From an uncultured bacterium (lineage in GTDB: Bacteria; SAR324; NAC60-12), in the NCBI GenBank assembly GCA_965662235.1, contig CBFIGY010000020.1, positions 1 to 50,577 of the forward strand: a stretch of 50,577 bases of DNA, written 5' to 3'. Numbering within the stretch: the first letter of the stretch is position 1; the number at the start of each line of letters is the position of its first letter. Positions 18,945 to 28,425 of the stretch are shown one piece after another. The position numbers and the translations under genes were made by a program. Below the pieces are notes generated by a model that saw nothing but the letters and a program-made list of their open reading frames with translations, made no database searches and was not told where the DNA came from.

Positions 18945-20204
18945 GTGATCCGTCACGTTGCTTACTCCGTAAAGGCCCCTTTGACTGCTCCCTCCATTTC
19001 TCTGGATGGCGCCCCCTCGTGGCGTCGCTTGGCCATTGGTCTGCTCATTGCGATGAGCGGAAACGCCTGCATGTGGTCGGTGATTGTCGTGCTCCCTGCC
19101 GTTCAGCAGGAGTTTGGCGTGGACCGGGCTGGGGCCTCGTTTCCGTACAGCATGACCATGGTCGGGTTTGCCCTGGGGAATGTCTTTGTCGGACGCTTGG
19201 TCGACCGCGTGGGGCTGGCACGTCCGATGGCGTTTTCAGGAGTGGCGCTCTCGCTGAGCTACCTGCTCGCCAGCCAGGTGGAGTCCATTGCCACCTTCGC
19301 GCTGCTTCAGCTGTGCATTGGCGCCGGTGGAGCCGTCTGCTTTGGCCCCTTCCTCGCAGACATTTCCCACTACTTCAGTCGGTTCCGGGGCCTGGCTGTG
19401 GGGCTTGCCGCCAGCAGCAACTACCTAGCCGGCACCATCTGGCCATTTTTCATTGAATTCTTCCTCCGGGAGCAGAGTTGGCGGGAAGCGTACTGGGGCA
19501 TCGGCCTCATCTGTCTTGCTGTGATGACACCGCTGGCGTGGTTCCTCCGACGTCCCAGCACACAGGCTTCTCCGCAGTCGGCATCCGGAAGCGAATCCAT
19601 TCTGCCCTCTCCCCTCTCCCCACGGCAGATCCAGCTGCTACTGATTGTCGCAGGGGTCGGCTGCTGCGTCGCCATGTCCATGCCTCAGGTGCACATTGTG
19701 GCCCTCTGCTCCGACCTCGGCTACGGCGTCGCTGTGGGCGCCGAGATGCTTTCGTTGATGCTGGCGTGCGGCATCTTCAGTCGGCTGGCTTCGGGACTGC
19801 TTGCAGACCGGGTGGGGGGCGTTCGGGCGCTTCTGCTTGGATCGTTTCTGCAGTGCTTGGCCCTGATCCTCTACCTGCCCACCGACGGCCTGACGTCCCT
19901 GTACGTGGTCTCTGCGGTGTTCGGACTCTCACAAGGGGGAATCGTTCCCTCATACACCATCATCATCCGGGAGTACCTTCCGGCGAAGGAAGCCGGGGCC
20001 CGCGTGGGCATTGTCATCATGGCCACCGTGTTTGGCATGGCGCTCGGGGGCTGGCTCTCCGGAAAGATCTTTGACTGGACAGGCTCGTATCAGGCCGCGT
20101 TCCTCAACGGCATCGGCTGGAACCTGATGAACCTTGTCCTGATCGGGACCCTGCTGATCCGCTCCGAGGGCTTCCGGAACCTGCGCCTGATCCCCACTCG
20201 CTGA
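18945..20204 (+). CDS. MFS transporter
   Basis: About 12 TM segments; GRLVDRVG and GLLADRVG motifs; start codon uncertain. Confidence 0.85.
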   Translation: MIRHVAYSVKAPLTAPSISLDGAPSWRRLAIGLLIAMSGNACMWSVIVVLPAVQQEFGVDRAGASFPYSMTMVGFALGNVFVGRLVDRVGLARPMAFSGVALSLSYLLASQVESIATFALLQLCIGAGGAVCFGPFLADISHYFSRFRGLAVGLAASSNYLAGTIWPFFIEFFLREQSWREAYWGIGLICLAVMTPLAWFLRRPSTQASPQSASGSESILPSPLSPRQIQLLLIVAGVGCCVAMSMPQVHIVALCSDLGYGVAVGAEMLSLMLACGIFSRLASGLLADRVGGVRALLLGSFLQCLALILYLPTDGLTSLYVVSAVFGLSQGGIVPSYTIIIREYLPAKEAGARVGIVIMATVFGMALGGWLSGKIFDWTGSYQAAFLNGIGWNLMNLVLIGTLLIRSEGFRNLRLIPTR

Positions 20205-20278
20205 GCCTCGCCAGCGTCAATCAACTTGACTCGCAGGGGGCACATTCACTATGGTGCTCGCTTTTGAGGAGGTCGTTC

Positions 20279-21532
20279 ATGTTTGATTCTTTGGAAGTCG
20301 ATGCCCCGATTTTTGACCCGGACTCGTGGCAATTGACGGAGCAGCAACAGGTCCTTACCACCCGGGCTCGGAGCCTGGCCCAGCATCAGTTTGCCCCCCG
20401 AGCCGCACAGTGGGACCGGGACGCACGCTTTCCCACTGAAAACTACCGGGATCTCTATGAGGCGGGATTCTTTGGGTTGTGCATTCCCGAAGCGGACGGA
20501 GGACTGGACGCCGACCTCAAGACCTACATGCTCACCGCCGCCGAGATCGGTCGCTACTGCGGGGCCACGGCGCTGACCTTCAACATGCACATCTGCTCCA
20601 CCCTCTGGAGCGGTTCCCTCACCGATGCCCTCGACCTGACCCCAGCCCAGCGGGAGCAGCACCACCGGCACCGCGCCCAGCACTACGACCGCATTCTCAA
20701 TCACGGAAAAATCTACGCCCAGCCCTTCTCAGAAGGAAACGCTGCAGCCTCCGGCAAGATTCCCTTTGGCACTTCTGCCAAGCGGGTCGAAGGGGGGTGG
20801 CTCGTCAATGGGAAAAAGGTCTTTGCCTCCCTCTCCGGACACGCAGACTACTACGGCGTGCTTGCCACCGAAGACAAGGCGGAAGCCAGCCGCCGTGACA
20901 CCCTCTACATTGCCATTCCAGCAGACTCAGACGGCTTTGAGGTCGTCGGTGACTGGGACCCGTTGGGCATGCGAGGCACCGTTTCCCGAACCCTGCTGTT
21001 CAAGGACGTCTTTGTGCCCGAAGACGCTCAGCTCATGCCACCTGGTGTCTACCACCAGGCCGCGGTCCGCTGGCCTCACATGTTCATGACCCTGACTCCG
21101 GCGTACATGGGACTGATGCAGGGCGCCTTCGACTTTACCATCAAGTACCTGCGAGGCGAGATTCCGGAAACCCGCGGCGTCAAGCGCCGGATGCACCCGG
21201 TGAAGCAACTCACGGTGGCCCAAATGAAGCTCATGCTGGAGCAAACCAAGTCGCTGTGGTACCAGGTCATCAGCGAAGCCAAAGTGGATCCCACCAAGGA
21301 GGAACGCCTCCGGGCCTACGCTGCTCAGTACACCGTCATGGAGAACGCCAACCAACTGTGCCAGCTGGCCATCCGGACCTGCGGGGGACACTCAATGCTC
21401 AAAACCCTGCCCCTAGAACGCATGTACCGCGACAGCCGATGCGGGTCGCTGATGCTGCCTTGGAGCGCAGAAATCGCCCTCGAGCGTTTGGGAATTGAGA
21501 CGCTTTATGAGCGTGGCGAGAAGGACGAGTAA
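20279..21532 (+). CDS. Acyl-CoA dehydrogenase family protein
   Basis: QPFSEG, GWLVNGKKVFAS, WDPLGMRGTVS, LERMYRDSRCG; GAGGAGG RBS. Confidence 0.9.
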   Translation: MFDSLEVDAPIFDPDSWQLTEQQQVLTTRARSLAQHQFAPRAAQWDRDARFPTENYRDLYEAGFFGLCIPEADGGLDADLKTYMLTAAEIGRYCGATALTFNMHICSTLWSGSLTDALDLTPAQREQHHRHRAQHYDRILNHGKIYAQPFSEGNAAASGKIPFGTSAKRVEGGWLVNGKKVFASLSGHADYYGVLATEDKAEASRRDTLYIAIPADSDGFEVVGDWDPLGMRGTVSRTLLFKDVFVPEDAQLMPPGVYHQAAVRWPHMFMTLTPAYMGLMQGAFDFTIKYLRGEIPETRGVKRRMHPVKQLTVAQMKLMLEQTKSLWYQVISEAKVDPTKEERLRAYAAQYTVMENANQLCQLAIRTCGGHSMLKTLPLERMYRDSRCGSLMLPWSAEIALERLGIETLYERGEKDE

Positions 21533-22578
21533 TGCTGCGGGATCGGATTGAGGCCCGGTGGATTGCGGCCTTTGAGCAGACCTTCATGGGCTGTGGGATT
21601 GGTCCGGAGGACACTGTGGCGCTCCTCTCAGAAACACAGTCTCGTGAACTGAACGTCCACCTAGCAGAGCTGGCCCTGTTGCGGTTGCAGGCCCGGGTCT
21701 TTCATGTGGTCTGTCCCACGCCTCCTCAGACAGCGCCGGTGCCGGTTCGCTCAACAGGGGCCTCCAACGCGCTGCAGCAACTGGAGCCGGTGGTCCAGGC
21801 GCTGGCCTCCAGCACCGTAGTCGTCGACTGCACCGTGGAAGGCTTGCTCCATGCGCCGGAGCTGCCGACGATCCTCCAAGGAGGAGCCCGGGTGCTGATG
21901 ATCAGCAATGAGCATCCGGATGCCCTTGAGCGCACGGTTCCGACTCCAGAACTTGAGCAGAAGGTCAAGCAGGCGGCCAAGGCGGCCAAGGCCGCTTCGC
22001 ACCTGCACGTCACCTCTGCTGCCGGAACCGACCTTTCCATTGACCTCGAAGGCGCCCCGGCGTCTGGCGTCTGGGGCACCACGAAGCGCCCGGGCACCGT
22101 CACTCATTGGCCTGCCGGGCTCGTCGTCATCTTCCCCAAGGCCCAGAGCGTTTCCGGAACCCTGGTGCTGGACGCCGGAGACGCCAACCTGACCTTTAAG
22201 CGGTACCTCGAACGCCCCGTCACCCTGACGATTGAAGCCGACTACGTGACCCGGATTGACGGCGATGGCACCGATGCCGAGCTGATGCGACGCTACTTCG
22301 CTGCGTGGAATGATCCCGAGGCCTACGCGGTCTCGCATGTAGGATGGGGCATGAACCCGAACGCCCGTTACGAAGCCCTGACCCTTTATGACCAGCGGGA
22401 CACAAACGGCACCGAGCTGCGCGCCTTCGCCGGCAACTTTCTCTTCTCCACAGGAGCCAATGAGTTTGCCGGACGCCACACCCTTGGGCACTTTGACCTG
22501 CCGTTGCGGGGCTGCACCCTCTCGCTGGATGGCACCGTCATCATCCGTGACGGCGTGTTGCAAGAGGAGTGGGCGTGA
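21532..22578 (+). CDS. Peptidase M29-like / 2,5-dihydroxypyridine 5,6-dioxygenase (NicX)-like protein
   Basis: SNEHP, HWPAG, SHVGWGMN, FLFSTGAN, HFDLP motifs; coupled to upstream gene (TAATG). Confidence 0.75.
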   Translation: MLRDRIEARWIAAFEQTFMGCGIGPEDTVALLSETQSRELNVHLAELALLRLQARVFHVVCPTPPQTAPVPVRSTGASNALQQLEPVVQALASSTVVVDCTVEGLLHAPELPTILQGGARVLMISNEHPDALERTVPTPELEQKVKQAAKAAKAASHLHVTSAAGTDLSIDLEGAPASGVWGTTKRPGTVTHWPAGLVVIFPKAQSVSGTLVLDAGDANLTFKRYLERPVTLTIEADYVTRIDGDGTDAELMRRYFAAWNDPEAYAVSHVGWGMNPNARYEALTLYDQRDTNGTELRAFAGNFLFSTGANEFAGRHTLGHFDLPLRGCTLSLDGTVIIRDGVLQEEWA

Positions 22579-23078
22579 CCCCTTTGCTCCGACCGGCGAC
22601 CCCGGAGGACTTCCCCACCATTCTCCGCCTCAATGAAACCTTCGTCCACTGGCTCAGTCCTTTGGATGAGGCCCGCCTCCGCTTTCTGCACGAACAGGCA
22701 GCCTTCCATCAGGTTGCCGTCCACGGCTCTCAGGTGGTTGGGTTCCTGCTGGTGTTTCAGGAAGGCGCCTCTTATGACAGCCCCAACTACCGCTGGTTTG
22801 CCGAGCAGTACCCACATTTCTACTACATTGACCGGATTGTGGTTGCCGAGGAGGCACAGGGAGCTCAGGTGGGAAGGCGCTTCTATCAGGCGCTGACGGA
22901 AGCCGCACAGTCCCAACAGATTCCGCTGTTGGCGTGTGAAATTGATGCCGATCCGCCGAATCCGCGGTCGGCCGCGTTTCATCAAAAACTGGGATTTGCT
23001 GAGGTGGGAACTCAGGAGGTGTACGGCAAGCGCGTGTCGCTGCAGGTCAAGCGTTTGGAGGCGTCCGGACTCAGTTGA
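22575..23078 (+). CDS. GNAT family N-acetyltransferase
   Basis: YDSPNY, YIDRIVVA..QGAQVG, PPNPRSAAFH..LGF; GTGA overlap. Confidence 0.88.
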   Translation: MTPLLRPATPEDFPTILRLNETFVHWLSPLDEARLRFLHEQAAFHQVAVHGSQVVGFLLVFQEGASYDSPNYRWFAEQYPHFYYIDRIVVAEEAQGAQVGRRFYQALTEAAQSQQIPLLACEIDADPPNPRSAAFHQKLGFAEVGTQEVYGKRVSLQVKRLEASGLS

Positions 23079-23484
23079 GCTGAGTGACGCGGAGCAGCTC
23101 CTCAGACTCCGCCTGAGGCAGCGTGAGGTCCTTCATCGCTTCCTCCAACGCCGCGTGCAGCAGCTGCCCCTCTCCGGGCCGCAGAGAGAGTTCCTCCTTG
23201 AAGGGCTGCGTCCGGAGCGCTTCGCAGGGACCGGCTGCCGCTTCACAGAGAAAATCCTGAAAACGCATCCGGAAGAAACGTTCGCCCTCCCGGTCCAAAA
23301 TGCCTTGGACCTCAGGGGCACGGCTCACTTGCAGGGAGAGGGCGACCAGGGTTTCTTCGCCGCCCAAGCGGTCATAGAGAGGGGTTTGAGGGGCCGGGGC
23401 TGTGGTGGTACAGGCTGCCAGCAACCAGATTCCCACTCCCCATCCAAGCAGGGAAAGCAATCTGGCCGAATGGACTCCGATCAT
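23071..23484 (-). CDS. Lipoprotein with degenerate group-1 truncated-haemoglobin-like fold
   Basis: Lipobox LLAAC; PLYDRLGGEE and DFLCEAAAGPC resemble trHbN motifs. Confidence 0.55.
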   Translation of the reverse strand: MIGVHSARLLSLLGWGVGIWLLAACTTTAPAPQTPLYDRLGGEETLVALSLQVSRAPEVQGILDREGERFFRMRFQDFLCEAAAGPCEALRTQPFKEELSLRPGEGQLLHAALEEAMKDLTLPQAESEELLRVTQLN

Positions 23485-25307
23485 GGGGGAATTTCCTCTT
23501 GAAGCCGATTTGCGTAAGCCCGTGAGAGGGCATGGGCATAATTCTCCAATTTTTTGAGACGATATTCCAGCCCGTACTTTGGATTCTCTACAAGAGGCCC
23601 CTGAATCCGGTGGAGCAGGAAGCGTAAAATCGGCAACGGTTGCAGCGTCAGGCGCCTCAGCAGAGGCAGTCCGTGCTCCGGAGACGGATCCGTCTGCGGA
23701 TAAAGCGTTTGCAGCAGGAGCAGCACCTCATGAAAGTGGTTCACGCTCAGCCGAGCCCGACGTTCGGCCTCCTGCAGCACCCACTTGCGGTAGCGTTCTG
23801 AGTTGAAACGCTGGTTGCCGACAATCTTCTGCTGCGGGTGCGCCTCGTGGTAGTCAAGAATGAGAGCCACTGAAAGCACGTAGCTCCAGGCCTTCCCAAA
23901 GGCTTCCCGTGAAAAACGCTGCCCCTGCTGCACGTCCCCCAACCCTTCGCTGACCTCCACCACGGCGCCCAGTGCGCTGCGCAGCTCCCGAAGCTGTGGA
24001 ATGCGGTACCGGAGCGAGTGCCCCAGCTTTTCGAGTTCCGGAAGCCGGACGCCCCCTTCCTGCGGAGGCTGCTGTGCGAGCTGACTGAGCCGGTGCAGGG
24101 CTTCTAGGAGCTTCTGCGCAATGCCCTGTTCATAGGCCTTACGGGCTTTGGGCATCCACTTGCGCCACTGCTTTCCGGGAACCTGCTGCTCCTTGGCCAG
24201 CTTGATGAGCCTCAGCTGCCAACGCTGCTCCTCCGTTTGCCGTTCTGCTGACGCAAGCGCATCTGGAATGAACAGGAGCCCCACGCTTTCAGTCCGGAGC
24301 AGTTCCTGTGACTTGAGGCGAAAGGCCGAACGCCACTCGTCCAACGAATCCTCGGGGCCTGCCTCAAAGAAGGTCTTGGCCTCTAGGACAAACTCGGCCA
24401 GCGCCAGCCGTTCCTCCAGACGAATTCCCACAGAACGGAGAAAGTGTTCCGGACGTTGTTGCTCCAGGAGCTGAAAGTCGGGGATCTCGTGCGGAAGCAG
24501 AAAATGAGCCTGCGCGTTCAGACGCCAGATCGCGGCGCCCGCTTGCTGCAGAAACGCTTCCCGGTCATGCCGGAAGGCGCTCAGAAATTCGGAGAAGATG
24601 TGCTCCAGCGCCTCCCGGGAGGAATCGGGCAAAGCGTCTTCCTGAAACTGACGGTGCCAAGCCTGCAGGTGCTGCTTGCGCTGTGACCCCACCCAGTCGG
24701 GAACCTTCTTCCGGGGAGGCGGTTCAGGCAGCAGGGAAGCAAACGTTGGAGAGGGAAACTCCAGCACCGCCACCAATGCCAGCTGCTCCTCCACGCCGAC
24801 ACGGACGTCACTCTCTGTCGCGAGTCCCGAGTCTCGATAAAACTCCAGAGGCCAGACGGATTCTTCCAAAAAGCGTTCGCCCAGCAAGCGGGCAATCAGC
24901 AGCCGGACGCCTTCCAACAGGGGCTCGCTGCTCTTCATCACCAGTGGCAGGAGCAGGGTGTAGACGTTTTGCTGAGGACTGGAGCGGAGTTGAACCGCGG
25001 GGAGCTTGAGCTTGGTGGGAACCGGACGGCCTTGCTCGTGAAAGTAGGCTTCAGGGGTGGAAATCCGGACCCGGTCGTCGCGCTGACGCAGGCGAAAGCC
25101 CTGCTGGGCGGCAAACTGAAGGAGGTCACTGAGGAGGCGCCGAAGGTGCTCCTGAACGCCTTCCGGCAGATCGGGGGAGCACGTCAGCTGAGGCAGTTCC
25201 ACCCGTTCAGGGGGGCGCTCGCGATCATGTTCCGCTAGGTGTGATTCCTGGATCGTCCGCTGCCGGAAGCGGTTCTCCAGCTCGCGCTCAACTGCCTCTC
25301 CTCGCAT
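23481..25307 (-). CDS. Hypothetical protein (608 aa, probably helical)
   Basis: Long ORF with 4-bp overlap to the downstream gene; no recognised motif. Confidence 0.75.
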   Translation of the reverse strand: MRGEAVERELENRFRQRTIQESHLAEHDRERPPERVELPQLTCSPDLPEGVQEHLRRLLSDLLQFAAQQGFRLRQRDDRVRISTPEAYFHEQGRPVPTKLKLPAVQLRSSPQQNVYTLLLPLVMKSSEPLLEGVRLLIARLLGERFLEESVWPLEFYRDSGLATESDVRVGVEEQLALVAVLEFPSPTFASLLPEPPPRKKVPDWVGSQRKQHLQAWHRQFQEDALPDSSREALEHIFSEFLSAFRHDREAFLQQAGAAIWRLNAQAHFLLPHEIPDFQLLEQQRPEHFLRSVGIRLEERLALAEFVLEAKTFFEAGPEDSLDEWRSAFRLKSQELLRTESVGLLFIPDALASAERQTEEQRWQLRLIKLAKEQQVPGKQWRKWMPKARKAYEQGIAQKLLEALHRLSQLAQQPPQEGGVRLPELEKLGHSLRYRIPQLRELRSALGAVVEVSEGLGDVQQGQRFSREAFGKAWSYVLSVALILDYHEAHPQQKIVGNQRFNSERYRKWVLQEAERRARLSVNHFHEVLLLLQTLYPQTDPSPEHGLPLLRRLTLQPLPILRFLLHRIQGPLVENPKYGLEYRLKKLENYAHALSRAYANRLQEEIPP

Positions 25308-25327
25308 CGCTGGCCGATACGGAAGGG

Positions 25328-25570
25328 TTAGTGCTTACGGACGGAGGCAATGTCTCCGGTGTACTCGCGTAGGTTCCGGGGGCCTTCCAAGTGAATCTTC
25401 AGGTGGATCAGGTCACGGAAGCTTTTGGACTCCAGGTCCATGTCTGGGTAACGGCGACGAATGTAACTCCAGAGCACCAAGTAGTTCTCTTCTTTCTCGA
25501 ATTCGATTTCCTTGTTGCGGCTGTTGAGGATTTCGACGTTCCGACCTTGATTTTGCATACAGGGGACCAT
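25328..25570 (-). CDS. Small hypothetical protein
   Basis: 76-80 aa ORF with protein-like composition, 20 bp before the next gene. Confidence 0.6.
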   Translation of the reverse strand: MVPCMQNQGRNVEILNSRNKEIEFEKEENYLVLWSYIRRRYPDMDLESKSFRDLIHLKIHLEGPRNLREYTGDIASVRKH

Positions 25571-25767
25571 TCAGGACAAGACATTCAGAAGAACACGCTT
25601 CACTCTTCCAGAACGAAACGGCGGCGGCTCAATGGGGGCGCTTGACTTCTGTACAACCGCGACGGCATCAGACCGATCCAATGAGTTCCACGCCGTGCGT
25701 TCACAGACTCCCTACCCCCATCACCTTTCCAACTTTTGTGCCAACTCCCAGGAACCGGAAGGAGGAA

Positions 25768-26601
25768 TCACGTCCACGCTTCAGGAGACAGGTGCCCTTC
25801 GCCAATTCGCGTCACCCCTCCTCGCATGCGGATGCGGTACTCGGCATCAATCTCAATGTGGAGTTGCCCGCCGGGCATGTGGACCTCCACAGGGGAGTCA
25901 CACAGTCCGAGGCGGTGGGCAACAGCGGCGGCGGCACTGCTGCTGCTTCCGGAAGCAAGGGTGTAGCCGGCACCACGTTCCCAGATCTCAATCCGGATGC
26001 GGTGACGGTCCAGAACCTCCAGAAACTGAACGTTGGTTCGATTGGGAAAACGGGGATCCCTCTCCAGCAGCGGCCCCAGGCGCTGAGCCTCTGCCGCCTC
26101 CATCGGTTTCAGCACCACACAGTGCGGGTTGCCAATGGTGGCCGCACAGTACGTCAGTTCCTCACCGGCCACTTCTACCCGTTCCTCCAGCACCTCCCGA
26201 GGAGGTCCCTGGACCGGAATGACCTCGCTGGAGAAGGACACCTGCCCCATCTCCACGGTCACCTCCCGCCCGTCGTCACGAACCTGCGCCTGCACGAGGC
26301 CCCCCGGCGTCTCAATGGCAAAGGGCTCAGCTCCGACCGCCCCTTCATCCCAGAGAAACCGGGCAAAAATGCGCAGCCCGTTGCCACTTTTTTCCGCTTC
26401 GCTGCCGTCTGGGTTGATGATTTTGAGCACGAAGCGTCCGTCCTGCGCCTGCGGGGCTCCCAGAAGGATGCCGTCCGAACCGATTCCGTAGTGGCGGTGG
26501 CAGATCGTTTGAACCTGGTGCGTCGTCAAGGGAGTTGAGGCGTCCCGGGCGTCCAGAACTAGGTAGTCATTTCCTAAGGCATGGTATTTCAGAAAACGCA
26601 T
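25768..26601 (-). CDS. dapF: Diaminopimelate epimerase
   Basis: KYHALGNDY, GIGSDG, NPDGSEAE, GNPH, WERGAG. Confidence 0.93.
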   Translation of the reverse strand: MRFLKYHALGNDYLVLDARDASTPLTTHQVQTICHRHYGIGSDGILLGAPQAQDGRFVLKIINPDGSEAEKSGNGLRIFARFLWDEGAVGAEPFAIETPGGLVQAQVRDDGREVTVEMGQVSFSSEVIPVQGPPREVLEERVEVAGEELTYCAATIGNPHCVVLKPMEAAEAQRLGPLLERDPRFPNRTNVQFLEVLDRHRIRIEIWERGAGYTLASGSSSSAAAAVAHRLGLCDSPVEVHMPGGQLHIEIDAEYRIRMRGGVTRIGEGHLSPEAWT

Positions 26602-26873
26602 CTTTCAAGTTGAGAAAAGGGGGAAGGAGAGGAGACGAGGAACTCATTCTGCCACGGTCCGACGAAGATGCAATTCGCGGTCAAAAAAGAAGGCCAAGTC
26701 CCGGATATTTTGTCCTAAAAACTTTGTCCGAATAAGTACAAATAAATTAAGTATTTTTACGTATAGCCAGCCCATTTCATCTCTGTCAGAGTAGTCACCG
26801 TCAGATGGTTGCGAACCCATCACACTACGAACTCCAAGTCGTAGGTGTTTCGACAAAAGCCTAGGTTCAGTCA

Positions 26874-27159
26874 CTGGGGCTACTGCATGGTTTGACGGAG
26901 TGGTTCTGTTAGATCAATGGCGGGACGGTAGCCCCAGCCTGAACCGAAGCGACTCAACCGATTTCCTGACAGAAGGAGCTTCGATCTGGGGCTACTGCAT
27001 GGTTTGACGGAGTGGTTCTGTCAGATCAATGGCGGGACGGTAGCCCCACCCTCTCCCCCGTTTTGGGATCAGCTCTTCTGTTCTCCCCGTTTGTCTGGGG
27101 CTGCTGATGTGGTTTGATGGAGTGGTTCCATCCGACCAATGGCGGGACAGCAGCTCCAG
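26874..27159 (+). repeat. Three copies of a ~64-nt hairpin-forming repeat (26874-26937, 26986-27048, 27095-27159), candidate structured RNA
   Basis: Copies 1 and 2 differ at one internal base; copy 3 is diverged with compensatory changes in both stems. Confidence 0.85.
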
Positions 27160-27268
27160 CACCCCTTCTCCTCTCAACTTCCCTCACGATCATCTTTCAG
27201 AAGAGCTTGCGGCTCCCGGCAAACCTGTTGTGCTGTTGAGGACTGTTTCCGTACTCCTCCTGTGTTTC

Positions 27269-27913
27269 ATGATGCCTTCTCCTGCTCCGCTTCGAGCCAA
27301 AACCGGTGCCATCCTCTTGGCAGGTGGCCGTTCCACCCGCATGGGCTCCGACAAGGCCTTCCTCTCTTGGTCCGGGAAGACGCTGCTGGAGCGGTTGCTG
27401 GAGGAGCTGCAGCCGATCGTCACGGAAGTCGTGATCATGCGGGCTCCGGACCAACCGCGTGCCGCTTTCCCACAGTTCCCGGAAGCCTTCCTCAGGTGGG
27501 GACAAGACTCGCAGCCCGATCAAGGTCCCTTGCAGGGCATCGCTGACGCCCTTCCTCTGCTGAGCCCTGATCTCAATCAAGCCTTTGTCCTCAGCTGTGA
27601 CCTACCACGCCTCACCACAGACTGGCTCAGCCGGCTTCAACAGGCCGGACAGGCTGCTGACGTCGCTTGCACGGAGCACCAGGGCATCGCCAATCCGCTC
27701 CTCGCCTGGTACCGCCGGGACGTTCTGGAACAAGCCCCTCGCCTCCGGGCCGAAGGCAAACGCCGCCCCCTTGCCCTTTGGGAAGGATTCCAAGTGGTGT
27801 CAGTTGTTCCTGAGCAAGCGTGGGAGGTCCAGGTACAAGACGCCAACACTCCGGAAGCCTTTGCCGCCCTTCAGTTCCCGGAAGGAGTCCGCAACTCCGG
27901 CGGTCACTCCTGA
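27269..27913 (+). CDS. mobA: Molybdenum cofactor guanylyltransferase
   Basis: LLAGGRSTRMGSDKA, QGPLQGI, SCDLP, ANTPE. Confidence 0.9.
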   Translation: MMPSPAPLRAKTGAILLAGGRSTRMGSDKAFLSWSGKTLLERLLEELQPIVTEVVIMRAPDQPRAAFPQFPEAFLRWGQDSQPDQGPLQGIADALPLLSPDLNQAFVLSCDLPRLTTDWLSRLQQAGQAADVACTEHQGIANPLLAWYRRDVLEQAPRLRAEGKRRPLALWEGFQVVSVVPEQAWEVQVQDANTPEAFAALQFPEGVRNSGGHS

Positions 27914-28353
27914 GGCACCACCACGACTTCGCATGACACCGAATTCGCAATGAAGCATCCGCGGTGCGCCTTCTCGTGCATCAGCGTCAACTCTTCTGCC
28001 GTCGGCTGCTTTCCGGAAAACTGAATTCGTGGACGCAGTTCCACCCGCGTCATTGCCATGCGTCCGGCATCGTTTTTTTCCAACCAACCGACAGCCGGAT
28101 CTTCGTAGTGATCCACTACAAACTTACGGAGGGAGGCCACCGCGAGGAAGGTCAGCATGTGGCAGCTGGACAAGGAAGCCACAAAGGTTTCTTCCGGACA
28201 GACCTTTGCCGGATCACCGGAGTACTCGGGCGCCGAGGAGCCCGGCAGCTGAGCCCCTCCTTGGAACGTCATCTCATGATCCCGAACAAAGGTTTTGATT
28301 TCAAAGTCTTCCGTGGTACGCGCCCACTGGGTCGTCGCTTTGTGCTCAGACAT
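27904..28353 (-). CDS. OsmC family protein
   Basis: PEETFVASLSSCHMLTFL and AHRGCFIANSV. Confidence 0.9.
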   Translation of the reverse strand: MSEHKATTQWARTTEDFEIKTFVRDHEMTFQGGAQLPGSSAPEYSGDPAKVCPEETFVASLSSCHMLTFLAVASLRKFVVDHYEDPAVGWLEKNDAGRMAMTRVELRPRIQFSGKQPTAEELTLMHEKAHRGCFIANSVSCEVVVVPQE

Positions 28354-28425
28354 TCCGTTCCTGTGAGAAGGGTGAGGGGGGCATGGGACCACCTCCACAT
28401 CGGTCCCATGCATGAATGAGGAGAG

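Noticed and set aside
26874..27159. CRISPR array interpretation of the triple repeat
   Set aside because: Repeats of ~64 nt are longer than typical CRISPR repeats, there are only three copies, the linkers pair with flanking sequence, and no cas genes are in the window
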